Shown here one piece after another: positions 53,399 through 63,554 of a stretch of DNA of 64,000 nucleotides. Where the stretch lies: the NCBI GenBank assembly GCA_963770895.1, contig CAVYRF010000002.1:960001-1024000 (forward strand), given 5' to 3'. Source of the stretch: an uncultured Acidobacteriota bacterium. Lineage in GTDB: Bacteria > Acidobacteriota > Thermoanaerobaculia > Multivoradales > UBA5704. The notes under the pieces were generated by a model, which searched no databases, was not told where the DNA came from, and saw nothing but the letters and a program-made list of their open reading frames with translations. Within the stretch, counting starts at the first letter, position 1, and each line of letters opens with the position of its first letter. A program made the translations under genes and the position numbers.

Positions 53399-53516
53399 CG
53401 GCGAATGCTATCACCGCTGCGCGCCGCTGCCGGGCGGAGGCGGCGGATGCTATTGTGCGGCAAGGGGCTGCCGCGCGCCCGCGCCACGCCGACGTCGCAT
53501 CCCAAGGACAAAGGTC

Positions 53517-55640
53517 ATGAAGCCATCCGTTTTGCACCGTCTTCCCGCCCGCCGCAGGGCGCTTGCCGTCGCCGCGGCGGCGCTCGCCGTGGCGGCCGCC
53601 GCAGCTTGCGGTCCGGGCGTCGCCACCGCCTCGGCCGCCGGCATCCCGCGCCCCGAAAAAGCCAAGCTGGCGCTGCAGGCGGACGCCTCCTCCTACCCCG
53701 CCGGCGCCGCCGCCGGGATCTCGGCGCAGGTGTCGATCGAACCCGGATGGCACGTCAACAGCCACACGCCGACGTTCGACTACCTGATCCCCACCGCCCT
53801 CGAAATCGAGATGCCGGCCGCCTGGCCGGCGGCGGAGATCCAGTACCCGCCGGCACAGAAGAAGAAGTTCACCTTTGCCGAGGTGCCGCTGTCGGTCTAC
53901 GACGGCGACGTGACCATCCTGGCCGTGATCCACATCCCCGAGGGCAGCCCGCAGGGGCGCTTTCCGCTGCACGCGCGCCTGAGCTACCAGGCCTGCAACG
54001 ATTCCCAATGCCTGCCGCCGGTGAGCGTCGCCGGCCAGGTCTCGATCACCGTCGGCGGTCCAGCCGCCGGTGCCGCCGGCAGCGCCGCGGCGCCGGCCGC
54101 CGCCACGCCCACCGCGTCGACCGCATCGACCGCATCGACCGCTGCAACCACCGCGACCGCACCCGTCGCACCAGACGCACCGGCCGGCCTGGCCACGGCG
54201 CACGGCACGGCCGCGGCATCGGCGCAACCGCTGCTGTCCGCGCATGCCGCCGGCGGCGATGGCGCGGCGCCAACGGCGCCCGCATCGGCAACGACCGCAA
54301 CGACTTCGACAACGCCGCCGCCGCCGGCCCCCAAGGCCGCGGCGCCGCTTTCGGCGCGCACGCTGGCCGGCATGCTGCTGGTGGCGGTGCTGGGCGGTCT
54401 GATCCTCAATGCCATGCCGTGCGTGCTGCCGATCCTGTCGCTCAAGGTGTTCGGCATGGTGCGCAGCGCCGGCCACGGCCGGTCGGAAGTGACGCGCGGC
54501 GCGCTCGCCACCGCGGCGGGGATCCTGCTGTCGTTCCTGCTGCTGGCCGGCGCGGCCATCGCGGCGGCTGCCGCCGGCGCCGCCGTCGGCTGGGGCGTCC
54601 AGTTCCAACGCCCCGGCTTCGTCGCCTTCCTGCTGGTGGTGGTGACGCTCTTCTGCTTCAACCTGTGGGGCCTGTTCGAGATCCCGCTGCCCGGCGCGCT
54701 CGCCCGCCTGGGCGGCACCGGCGGCGCCCGCGAGGGCCTGGCCGGCCACTTCGTGTCGGGCCTGTTCGCGACCCTGATGGCGACCCCCTGTTCGGCGCCC
54801 TTCCTGGGCACCGCCATCGGCTTTGCGCTGGCGCAGCCGGCGCCGGTTATCGTCGCCATCTTCGCCGCCGTCGGTGTCGGCCTGGCCCTGCCCTACCTGA
54901 TCCTGGCCGCGGCGCCCGGCGCGGCGCGCCTGCTGCCGCGCCCCGGCCCCTGGATGGACACGCTGCGCGGCACGCTCGGCTTCGTCCTGGCGGGCTCGGC
55001 GGTATGGCTGCTGTACGTGCTTGGCGCCCAGGTCAGCCCCGAGCGGCTGGCGCTCCTGGAGGTGGGCCTGGTGCTGATGGGCCTTTGCACCTGGCTGCGC
55101 CACCGCGCCGAGCAGCAGCGCTACGCCACCGCAGACAGCCCGGCGGCGCGGCCGGCAGCCGCGGGCCGGCACGCCGTCCTCGCCGGGCTGGCCGTCCTGG
55201 TCATGGCGGTGGCCACGATCGCCGCCGCCGCCGCCGGCGGTTCGGCCGCCGCCGCGGAGGGCCGCTTCGCCGCGCGCTCCCACTCCGCCGGCCTGATCGG
55301 CTGGGTCGCGTTCGACCGCACGCGCGCCGAATCGCTGGCGGCTGGCGGCCAGCTGGTCTTCGTGGACGTGACGGCGGACTGGTGCTTCACCTGCAAGGTC
55401 AACGAGCGGCTGGTCCTGGATACGCCCGAGATCGCCGGCGCCTTCGCGCGCCATCACGTGCTGCCGATGCGCGCCGACTGGACCAACCGCAGCGACGAGA
55501 TCGCCCACTTCCTCGCCGAGCACGGCCGCTACGGCATTCCGTTCTACCTGCTCTACCGCCCCGGCCGCGACCCCTACGTGTTCAGCGAGGTGCCCACCAA
55601 GGGCACGATCCTCGCCGCCCTCGACGCCGCGACGTCCTGA
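53517..55640 (+). CDS. dsbD: Thiol:disulfide interchange protein DsbD
   Basis: N-terminal domain 'GWHVNS...ACNDSQCLPP', TM 'NAMPCVLP' and 'ATPCSAP', thioredoxin 'TADWCFTCKVNE'. Confidence 0.92.
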   Translation: MKPSVLHRLPARRRALAVAAAALAVAAAAACGPGVATASAAGIPRPEKAKLALQADASSYPAGAAAGISAQVSIEPGWHVNSHTPTFDYLIPTALEIEMPAAWPAAEIQYPPAQKKKFTFAEVPLSVYDGDVTILAVIHIPEGSPQGRFPLHARLSYQACNDSQCLPPVSVAGQVSITVGGPAAGAAGSAAAPAAATPTASTASTASTAATTATAPVAPDAPAGLATAHGTAAASAQPLLSAHAAGGDGAAPTAPASATTATTSTTPPPPAPKAAAPLSARTLAGMLLVAVLGGLILNAMPCVLPILSLKVFGMVRSAGHGRSEVTRGALATAAGILLSFLLLAGAAIAAAAAGAAVGWGVQFQRPGFVAFLLVVVTLFCFNLWGLFEIPLPGALARLGGTGGAREGLAGHFVSGLFATLMATPCSAPFLGTAIGFALAQPAPVIVAIFAAVGVGLALPYLILAAAPGAARLLPRPGPWMDTLRGTLGFVLAGSAVWLLYVLGAQVSPERLALLEVGLVLMGLCTWLRHRAEQQRYATADSPAARPAAAGRHAVLAGLAVLVMAVATIAAAAAGGSAAAAEGRFAARSHSAGLIGWVAFDRTRAESLAAGGQLVFVDVTADWCFTCKVNERLVLDTPEIAGAFARHHVLPMRADWTNRSDEIAHFLAEHGRYGIPFYLLYRPGRDPYVFSEVPTKGTILAALDAATS

Positions 55641-55699
55641 CCCGGCGGCCCGGACACCCTGCGGCCCGCCTCCGGGAGCTCCGCGGGGTCGCCCCCACC

Positions 55700-57244
55700 T
55701 CAGTAGTTTTTGGCGAAAACCACCGTTTCGCGCCGCGGCGCGCCGCACATGACGCAGCGCGAAAAGTCGCCGGCCGGCACCTGATCGATCGGGATGCAGC
55801 GGATGGTCACCTTGAGCTCGTCCTTGATGCGCGCCTCGCACGCCGCTTCGCCGCACCACGGAGACACGGCGAAGCCGCCGTGGATCTCGGGCCGCTCGGC
55901 GTTGCGCGGGGTGAAAAAGGCCGCGAACTCGCCGGCGTCGCCGATGGCGCGCATGTGGCGGGCGCGGAATTCCACGGCGCGGGCGAACAGGCCGGCCTGC
56001 ACCTGGTCGAGCGCCGCCAGCACCGCGGCGGCCAGGCCGTCGGCCGGCAGCTCCGCGGTCGCCTGCACTTCCTGGTCCCGGCGCGAGAACGACACCACGC
56101 GGCGGTCCACGTCGCGCGGGCCGATCTCCAGCCGCAGCGGCACGCCCCGCTTCACCCATTCCCACTTCTTCTGGCCGCCGCGGACGTCGCGGCGATCCAC
56201 CTCCACCACCACCGGCGCGCCGTGGTAGCGCTGCGCGCGCAGGTCGGCGGCGATCGCATCCACGTAGTCCAGCACCTTCTGCCGCGTGTCGTCGGCGCGC
56301 AGGATCGGCAGGATGACGACGTGCGCCGACGCCACCCGCGGCGGCAGCACCAGGCCGTTGTCGTCGCTGTGCGTCATCAGCAGGCCGCCGATCAGCCGCG
56401 TCGACACTCCCCATGAAGTGGTCCAGGCCAGCTCGTCCGCTCCCGACTGGCCCTGGAACTTGATGCCGCTGGCCTTGGCGAAGTTCTGGCCCAGGAAGTG
56501 CGAAGTGCCCGCCTGCAGCGCCTTGCGGTCCTGCATCATCGCCTCGATGGTGTAGGTTTCGACCGCCCCCGGAAAGCGCTCGCTCGCCGTCTTGCGGCCG
56601 CGCAGGACCGGCATGGCCAGGTACGACTCGGCGAACTCCTTGTACAGGTCCAGGATCTTCGCCGTCTCCTCCTGCGCCTCGCGTTCGGTTTCGTGCGCCG
56701 TGTGCCCTTCCTGCCAGAGGAACTCAGAGGTGCGCAGGAACATCCGCGTGCGCAGCTCCCAGCGCACCACGTTGCACCACTGGTTGATCAGCAGCGGCAG
56801 GTCGCGGTAGCTCTGCACCCAGCGCGCGAACATCTCGCCGATGATGGTTTCGGACGTGGGCCGCACGATCAGCGGCTCTTCCAGCTCCGCCGCGGGATCG
56901 ACGACCAGCGCCCCCTTGTCGTTCTGGATCAGCCGGTGGTGGGTGACCACCGCGCACTCCTTGGCGAAGCCCTGCACGTGCTCGGCTTCCTTTTCCAGGA
57001 ACGACTTGGGGATGAACAGCGGGAAGTAGGCGTTGCGGTGGCCGGTCGCCTTGAACATCGCGTCCAGGTCGCGCTGGATGTTCTCCCAGATGGCGAAGCC
57101 CCACGGCTTGATCACCATGCAGCCGCGCACCGGCGAGTTCTCCGCCAGATCCGCGGCGCGGATGACCTGCTGATACCACTCGGCATAGTCGTCTTCGCGA
57201 GTGGGGGTGATCGCGGTCGTGCTCGATTCCTGATTCTTGGCCAT
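55700..57244 (-). CDS. proS: Proline--tRNA ligase (archaeal/eukaryal-type)
   Basis: 'PVRGCMVIKPWG', 'VRPTSET', 'NQWCNVVRWE', 'EFLWQEGHT', 'QAGTSHFLGQNF', 'SWGVSTR', C-terminal 'FAKNY'. Confidence 0.98.
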   Translation of the reverse strand: MAKNQESSTTAITPTREDDYAEWYQQVIRAADLAENSPVRGCMVIKPWGFAIWENIQRDLDAMFKATGHRNAYFPLFIPKSFLEKEAEHVQGFAKECAVVTHHRLIQNDKGALVVDPAAELEEPLIVRPTSETIIGEMFARWVQSYRDLPLLINQWCNVVRWELRTRMFLRTSEFLWQEGHTAHETEREAQEETAKILDLYKEFAESYLAMPVLRGRKTASERFPGAVETYTIEAMMQDRKALQAGTSHFLGQNFAKASGIKFQGQSGADELAWTTSWGVSTRLIGGLLMTHSDDNGLVLPPRVASAHVVILPILRADDTRQKVLDYVDAIAADLRAQRYHGAPVVVEVDRRDVRGGQKKWEWVKRGVPLRLEIGPRDVDRRVVSFSRRDQEVQATAELPADGLAAAVLAALDQVQAGLFARAVEFRARHMRAIGDAGEFAAFFTPRNAERPEIHGGFAVSPWCGEAACEARIKDELKVTIRCIPIDQVPAGDFSRCVMCGAPRRETVVFAKNY

Positions 57245-57359
57245 ATCCTCTACCGGTCCGCTGCCTGAAGATGCCGCCCGCGCCCCCCGGGCAGCCGGGC
57301 GCGAGGCCGCATGATACCCGACGCGCGGTCCGCCGGCGGCACCCCGCCGGCAGGGCACG

Positions 57360-58817
57360 CTACGGTTTCGGCCGTTCCTGCCGCTCGCGCCGCACGCCGG
57401 CGCGCAGCGCGCGAACCTCTTCCAGGCGCGCCTTGAGCGCCTCTTCGAAGCCGCGGCCGCGGGGTTCGTAGAAGCGCGTGCCAGCCAGCGATTCGGGCAG
57501 GCAGTCGATGCCGCCGACGCCCTCTTCGGTCGCGTGGGCGTAGACGTATCCGGCGCCGTAGCCCAAGCCCTTCATCAGCCGCGTCGACGCGTTGCGGATG
57601 CTCATCGGCACCGGGTCGGCGGGGCGTTCCTCGACCGTGTGCTGGGCGGCGCCGAAGCCGGCGTAGACCGCGTTGCTCTTGGGCGCCAGCGCCAGGTAGA
57701 CGACGGCCTGCGCCAGGGCCAGCTCGCCTTCGGGCGACCCCAGCAGGTGGAAGGCGTCGCGCGCCGCCAGCGCCTGCGGCAGGGCCTGCGGGTCGGCCAG
57801 GCCGACGTCCTCGCTGGCGAAGCGGACCATGCGCCGGGCGACGTACATCGGGTCCTCGCCGGCGCCGAGCATGCGCGCCAGCCAGTAGAGCGCGGCGTCG
57901 GGGTCGCTCTCGCGCAGCGACTTGTGCAGCGCCGAGATGAGATTGAAGTGCTCTTCGCCCGCCTTGTCGTAGACCAGCACCTTGCGCTGCGCCACCCGCC
58001 GCACCGCCTCGGCATCCAGGCGGCGCCGGCCGTCCGCTGCAGCGGCGCCTTGCGGCGCGCCGCCGCCGGCGGCCGGGTCCTCCGCCGCTGCCGCCGGATC
58101 GGCGGCGTCGGCCACCGCCAGCTCCAGCAGGTTGAGCGCCCGCCGGGCGTCGCCCGAAGCCAGCTGGGCGAGGGAGGCAAGGGCGTCGTCCTCCACCTCG
58201 ATCGCCGCCGCGGCCTCCCCCAGGCCGCGCTCGCGGTCGGCCAGGGCGCGGCGCAGCAGGACGGTCAGGTCGTCGGCGGTGAGCGGCCCCAGCACCACCA
58301 CGCGGCAGCGCGACAGCAGCGCCGCGTTGAGCTCGAAGGACGGGTTTTCGGTGGTGGCGCCGACCAGCACGATGTCGCCGCGCTCGACGTAGGGCAGGAA
58401 GGCGTCCTGCTGCGAGCGGTTGAAGCGGTGGATCTCGTCGACGAACAGCAGCGTCCGGCGTCCCTGGGCGCGCCGCAGGCGGGCGGCCTCGGCCATCACC
58501 TCCTTGACCTCCTTGATGCCCGAGGTGACGGCGGAGAAGGGGACGAAGACGCAGGCGGTGGCGGTGGCGATCAGCCGCGCCAGGGTGGTCTTGCCCGATC
58601 CGGGAGGGCCCCAGAAGATCAGCGACGGCACGCGGTCGGCGGCGATGGCGCGGCGCAGGAACGCCTGCGGCCCGACCACCGCGGCGTGCCCCACCACCTC
58701 GTCGAGGCTGCGCGGACGCATGCGCTCGGCCAGCGGAAAGCCCCCGCCGCCCCCCGCTTCGCCGTCTGCCGCCGCCCCGCCGCCGGCCGGGGCCTGATCG
58801 TCGAACAGACCCCGCAT
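57360..58817 (-). CDS. rarA: Replication-associated recombination protein A
   Basis: 'PLAERMRPRSLDE', 'WGPPGSGKTT', 'DEIHRFNRSQQD', 'TTENPSF', 'ISALHKSLR', 'ASEDVGLADP', 'MKGLGYG'. Confidence 0.97.
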   Translation of the reverse strand: MRGLFDDQAPAGGGAAADGEAGGGGGFPLAERMRPRSLDEVVGHAAVVGPQAFLRRAIAADRVPSLIFWGPPGSGKTTLARLIATATACVFVPFSAVTSGIKEVKEVMAEAARLRRAQGRRTLLFVDEIHRFNRSQQDAFLPYVERGDIVLVGATTENPSFELNAALLSRCRVVVLGPLTADDLTVLLRRALADRERGLGEAAAAIEVEDDALASLAQLASGDARRALNLLELAVADAADPAAAAEDPAAGGGAPQGAAAADGRRRLDAEAVRRVAQRKVLVYDKAGEEHFNLISALHKSLRESDPDAALYWLARMLGAGEDPMYVARRMVRFASEDVGLADPQALPQALAARDAFHLLGSPEGELALAQAVVYLALAPKSNAVYAGFGAAQHTVEERPADPVPMSIRNASTRLMKGLGYGAGYVYAHATEEGVGGIDCLPESLAGTRFYEPRGRGFEEALKARLEEVRALRAGVRRERQERPKP

Positions 58818-60913
58818 CAGGCGCCGGGATCGCGTTCGACGTCCACCTGCGCGTCGTTGAAGCAGGCGCCGCCGCCCACGTCGGACAGGCTCGCCGGCGT
58901 CAGGGCGTTGGCGGTGGTGCCGGAACGGGTGTTGTGGCTCCACAGACCCTTGGGCAGCATGACCACGCCGGGGCGCAGGTCGGGGTTGAGGCGCACGTCG
59001 GTGCGCACTTCGCCCAGCTCGTTCCACACCCGCACCGGCATGCCGTCGGCCAGGCCGCGCTCCGCCGCGTCCACCGGGTGCATCTCGACCGCGACCAGCT
59101 TGCGGTGCAGCTCGCCGAGCGTCGAGCTGATGGTGCGCGACGACGCCGGCGAGATCAGCGTCAGCGGAAACCGGACGCTGGCCTGCGGCTCGCGATAGGC
59201 ATACAGCCCGCCCGGCGCCTCGCTGTCCAGCTCCGCCGGCACCAGGTCGATGCGGCAGTCGGGGGTGCGCGGAAAGACGTCCACGAACTGCACCGGGTTG
59301 GCGCCGCAGTCCGGCAGCGCCACGCCGCCGCGGTCCAGGTCGCGGCGCACCCGCGGCGCGCCGGCAAAGAGCGCCGCGGTCAGCTCTTCGGCGTTGCGCG
59401 GATCGCCGGGCCGCGACAGGCCCAACCGGTCGCACAGCTCGCCGAACACCTGGTAGTTGGGCCGCGACTCGCCCACCGGCGCGATCGCCGGCGCCGATTG
59501 GTGGATCAGCAGCGAACCGTAGCTCTTGACCAGCTCGTGGTGCTCCAGAAACGTCGTCGCCGGCAGCACCAGGTCGGCATAGCGGGCGGTGTCGGTCAGC
59601 ACCGGGTCGAACACCACGGTGAACAGGTCTTCGCGCTCCAGCCCGCGGCGCACCCGCTGCTGGTCCGGCATGGTCGCCAGCGGATTGCAGTTGTAGACGA
59701 ACAGCACCTTGACCGGCGGCTCCCCGGCGCCGCCGCCGGCACCTTCACCGTCGCCGCCGCCGTCGCCGCACAGCACCTGGCCAAGGCGGTTCATGTTGAC
59801 CAGGCGCGGCGGCCGTCCGCCCGCGGTCGCGGCGGGCGCCGGCGCCGCCGAGGGGTCGCCCAGCTGCCAGGCGCCCGAGGCAGACATCATGTAGCCGCCG
59901 CCGCGCACGCCGAACTTGCCGGCCACCGCCGGCAGCGCCAGCGCCGCCGCCACCGCGGCGCCGCCGTTGCGGTTGCGCTCCAGCCCCCAGCCGGTGCGCA
60001 CCACCGCCGGAGACCGGTCGGCGTACAGCCGCGCGAAGCGCTCGATGTCGGCCACCGGCACCCCGGTGACCGCGGCGGCGCGCGCCGGTTCCCACGCCGC
60101 GGCGCGCCGTCGCAGCTCTTCGGCGCCGCGCGTGTGCCGCGCCAGGAACGCCAGGTCGGCCCGTCCCTCTTCGAACAGCCAGCGCAGCACCGCCAGCGCC
60201 AGCGGTAGGTCGGTGCCGGGCCGCGGCGCCAGGTGCAGGTCGGCGCGCTTGGCCAGCGCCGTCCGCCGCGGGTCGACGATCACCAGGGCGGCGCCCTGCC
60301 GCTGCGCCTCCTGGATCACCGGCACCAGGTGGATTCCGGACGCCGACGGATTGGCGCCCCACAGCACGATCAGCCGGGCGTGCACGAAATCCGTCAGCGC
60401 CACTCCCGGCATGCGCCCATACATGCCGGTCGTCGCCGCGGTCGAGGGGGCGGCGCAGACGGTGCGCGCCAGCTGGCTGGCACCCAGGCGGGCGAACAGC
60501 CGCTGGTCGGTGGTGTCCTGGGTGAGCAGCCCATTGGAGCCGCCGTAGCTGAACGGCAGGATCGATTCGGCGCCGTGGCGGTCGCGCGCGTCGCGTATTT
60601 CCGCGGCGACCAGGGCCAGCGCTTCGTCCCACGACACCCGTTCGAAGCTGGCCGTCCCCTTGCGGCCGCGGCGCACCGCCGGGTGCAGCAGCCGCGCCTC
60701 GCCGTAGGCGTGTTCCGGCCAGCGCCGCACCTTGGCGCAGATGAAGCCCGCGGTCAGCGGATTGAGGTGGGTGCCGTCGAGCTTGACCGCCCTGCCGTTT
60801 TCGATCTCGACCGTCAGGCTGCACGCGTCGGGGCAGTCGAGCGGGCACGCGCTGCGCACCGCCGTGCGCACCGCGGGCGTAGGTGCGACCAGGCTTGCAG
60901 TCGGCGGCGCCAC
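58817..60913 (-). CDS. Molybdopterin-dependent oxidoreductase (YoaE-like)
   Basis: Fe-S motif 'CPLDCPDAC...C', 'WDEAL', 'WGANP', 'TDTARYADLVLPAT', C-terminal molybdopterin-dinucleotide domain. Confidence 0.92.
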   Translation of the reverse strand: MAPPTASLVAPTPAVRTAVRSACPLDCPDACSLTVEIENGRAVKLDGTHLNPLTAGFICAKVRRWPEHAYGEARLLHPAVRRGRKGTASFERVSWDEALALVAAEIRDARDRHGAESILPFSYGGSNGLLTQDTTDQRLFARLGASQLARTVCAAPSTAATTGMYGRMPGVALTDFVHARLIVLWGANPSASGIHLVPVIQEAQRQGAALVIVDPRRTALAKRADLHLAPRPGTDLPLALAVLRWLFEEGRADLAFLARHTRGAEELRRRAAAWEPARAAAVTGVPVADIERFARLYADRSPAVVRTGWGLERNRNGGAAVAAALALPAVAGKFGVRGGGYMMSASGAWQLGDPSAAPAPAATAGGRPPRLVNMNRLGQVLCGDGGGDGEGAGGGAGEPPVKVLFVYNCNPLATMPDQQRVRRGLEREDLFTVVFDPVLTDTARYADLVLPATTFLEHHELVKSYGSLLIHQSAPAIAPVGESRPNYQVFGELCDRLGLSRPGDPRNAEELTAALFAGAPRVRRDLDRGGVALPDCGANPVQFVDVFPRTPDCRIDLVPAELDSEAPGGLYAYREPQASVRFPLTLISPASSRTISSTLGELHRKLVAVEMHPVDAAERGLADGMPVRVWNELGEVRTDVRLNPDLRPGVVMLPKGLWSHNTRSGTTANALTPASLSDVGGGACFNDAQVDVERDPGA

Positions 60914-60970
60914 GCCACCATTGTAAATCGCCCCCTCCCGCAGCGGTAGCGAACCGCCGGAAGGCGACCC

Positions 60971-63532
60971 TCAGGCGGCCGGGAGGCCGGCGGGCTGCGG
61001 CCCCGGGCGCCCGCCACCGCCAGGCGGCCGACCGCGGCGACTCCAACGACCGCGGAGACCCCGGCGATCGCCAGCGCGGGACACCAGCGCCAGCCCGAGC
61101 GTGACGGCCAAGGCCAGCCCGCCGAGCGCCGTGCCGGCGAGCAGGCCAGGCGGCCGGTAGGCCAGGTCGACGCGCTGCACGCCGGGCGGCACCACGACAC
61201 CCAGAAAGGCGCCGTCGACGGTGATCTCGGCCAGCGGCCGGCCGCTGTCGCCGCCACTGCCGCCATTGCCGGCGCCGGCGGTATCGGCGGCCTGCGCCCG
61301 CCAGCCGTACGGACCGGCGAGCGAGGTGGCGAGCAGCCGCACGCCCGCGCCCGGCACCGCCAGCCGCGCCCATCCCGGACCCGACGCCAGCGCGCGCGCC
61401 GGCGTCACGGCGGCCGCCGGGCGGCTCGCACCCGCCCCTGCCCCTGCCGCCGGCGTGGGAGCCGCGCCGCCCAGCGGTACGCCGGCGAGCGCCGGCAGCT
61501 GGTCGCGATACACCGCCACGCGGCCGGCGTCGTCCATCCTGGCCAGCCAACCGGTGAACGCCGCCCGCTCGATCGGCTCGATCGCCGCCGGCACGAACCA
61601 GCGCGGCAGCGCCCGCGGGTTGCGGTAGACGATGAACGGCAGCAGCTCCGGTTCGTCGAGCGGCACCAGCGTCCTGGGCCGCGGCAGGTAGAGGTTGCCG
61701 ACCGCCGCGCGCACGCCCAGGAAGGACATCATCGGGTGGTCGGGATGGCGGAAGGCGGCGTAGTAGTTGAGCAGGGTGGGCGCAAACCCGCCGGCGTACT
61801 CCAGCACCTGCAAATACGAGGACGGCACCATCACCTGGTTGGTGCGGATCTCGGCGATGCCGTACGCCGGCAGCAGCGACGGGTACACCAGCAGGTCGAT
61901 GCCCACGGCGCGCCACGGCGCGCCGGCGCCGGTGGGCGCCGTCTCCCTGGCCAGCACGCGCGTCAGCGGGTTGGCCGGCAGGAACAGCTCCGGCTGGCCG
62001 CGCGGCAGCAGCCGCTCCGCCCACGGTCCGAGGTCGAGCGCCAGGGCCAGCGCCAAGACCGCCACTGCCATGCCCCGCCGCCGCGGCGCCAGCAGGGCGC
62101 CGGCCGCGAGCAGCGCCCAGCACAGCACCACCCACGCCGACCGGTCGCCCACCAGGCTGACCACCGCCGCCACCGCCAGCGCCGCCAGCGCCCGCCGGCG
62201 CGCCGCGGCCGTCAGGCGCCGCAGCAGCAGGTCGACGCCGAAGCCGCCGGCCACCGCCACCGCCAGGCTGCACACCGGCAGCAGCCGCGTGTACGCCGGC
62301 AGCCGCAGCGCCGGCACCCGCTCGACGAGCAGCGCGAAGGGCACGAAATCACCCGCCACCAGCAGCGCGGCGACGGCGAAGCCGAGGAAGGGCAGGGCGC
62401 GCCGCGCCTGCCGTCGCCGCCAGCCGACCAGCGCCACCGTGGCGCCGGCGAAGGCGACCAGGCCGGTGTAGCCCGACAGCGCGTCGACCCAATCTTCCGG
62501 GCCCTTGAACGGCTCCTGGTACGGAATCCCGTACACCCGCGGGTTGGTCGGCGCCAGCACGAACTTGGCGCTCGCCGGCACGAACCAGCTGCGCGGCGAC
62601 AGCAGCCGCGCGTCGTGGTCGGGCAGGTGCAGCGCCAGCATGTCGCGCGTGCGCTGCGCCTGCGGCAGGGCGCGCACGAACGGTAGGATGACCGGCGCCG
62701 CCAGCGCGAAACCGAGCAGCGCCGCCGCCCCCGCCGCCGCCAGGCCGCGCGGCAGGCCGGTGCGCCGCCGCCGCAGGCCGATGCCGCACGCCGCCACGAA
62801 GAGGCCGCCCGCCGCCGCGGTCTCGGGATGGGCCGACAGCAGCAGGATGGCGGTGACCACCGCCGTGGTCGCCACCGTCAGCGGCCGCGGCCGCCGGAAC
62901 AGGCGCACGCAGCCGACGGCGAGCCACGGCACCCAGCACAGCACGGTGGTATGCGGATAGAGCCCCCACGACAGCATGCCGCCGCCCAGGGTGAAGCCCG
63001 CCGCCGCCAGGCCGCTGGCGGCACGGCTGATCCCCGCCTGGCGCGCCAGGAGCCAGGCGCCCTCGCACGCCACCAGCAGCTTGAGGACCAGCACCACCAG
63101 CAGGAAGTACTGGATCGGCAGGACGCGCGACAGCATGGCGAGCGGCGACAGCACGCCCAGCAGCGGATTGATCCAGGGCGAGCTGCCGCCGTCGATGACG
63201 TCGGACCACAGCGGCAGCCGGCCGGCGCGCAACGCGTGCCGCACCTCCAGCTCCCAGGGCAGCAGCTCGTAAAAGGTGTCGCTCTGGATGATGTGGGTGG
63301 AGCGCACCACCGCCGGCGGCGCCGCCGGCAGCACCCCCGCCAGCACGCCGGTCGGCGCCAGCAGGACGTTGTCGCGGAACAGGAAGGGCGCCAGCAGGAC
63401 CAGCGGCAGGATCAGCCCAAGCGCCATCGCGCGGCGCTCCAGGCGCACGCCGAGCCCGCGCGCCAGCAGCCAGCAGAGCGCCTGGACGACGGCGAGCAGC
63501 AGACAGACTTTGAGCGGCAAGCCCAGCAGCAC
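60971..63532 (-). CDS. YfhO-like polytopic membrane protein (GT-C-like)
   Basis: 'GRLPLWS...GGSSPW.NP', many TMs, C-terminal 'GWRA...FLGVVVPPG...YRPPG' then TM. Confidence 0.8.
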   Translation of the reverse strand: MLLGLPLKVCLLLAVVQALCWLLARGLGVRLERRAMALGLILPLVLLAPFLFRDNVLLAPTGVLAGVLPAAPPAVVRSTHIIQSDTFYELLPWELEVRHALRAGRLPLWSDVIDGGSSPWINPLLGVLSPLAMLSRVLPIQYFLLVVLVLKLLVACEGAWLLARQAGISRAASGLAAAGFTLGGGMLSWGLYPHTTVLCWVPWLAVGCVRLFRRPRPLTVATTAVVTAILLLSAHPETAAAGGLFVAACGIGLRRRRTGLPRGLAAAGAAALLGFALAAPVILPFVRALPQAQRTRDMLALHLPDHDARLLSPRSWFVPASAKFVLAPTNPRVYGIPYQEPFKGPEDWVDALSGYTGLVAFAGATVALVGWRRRQARRALPFLGFAVAALLVAGDFVPFALLVERVPALRLPAYTRLLPVCSLAVAVAGGFGVDLLLRRLTAAARRRALAALAVAAVVSLVGDRSAWVVLCWALLAAGALLAPRRRGMAVAVLALALALDLGPWAERLLPRGQPELFLPANPLTRVLARETAPTGAGAPWRAVGIDLLVYPSLLPAYGIAEIRTNQVMVPSSYLQVLEYAGGFAPTLLNYYAAFRHPDHPMMSFLGVRAAVGNLYLPRPRTLVPLDEPELLPFIVYRNPRALPRWFVPAAIEPIERAAFTGWLARMDDAGRVAVYRDQLPALAGVPLGGAAPTPAAGAGAGASRPAAAVTPARALASGPGWARLAVPGAGVRLLATSLAGPYGWRAQAADTAGAGNGGSGGDSGRPLAEITVDGAFLGVVVPPGVQRVDLAYRPPGLLAGTALGGLALAVTLGLALVSRAGDRRGLRGRWSRRGRPPGGGGRPGPQPAGLPAA

Positions 63533-63554
63533 CGGCCGTGCTCCTTAGAAGAGG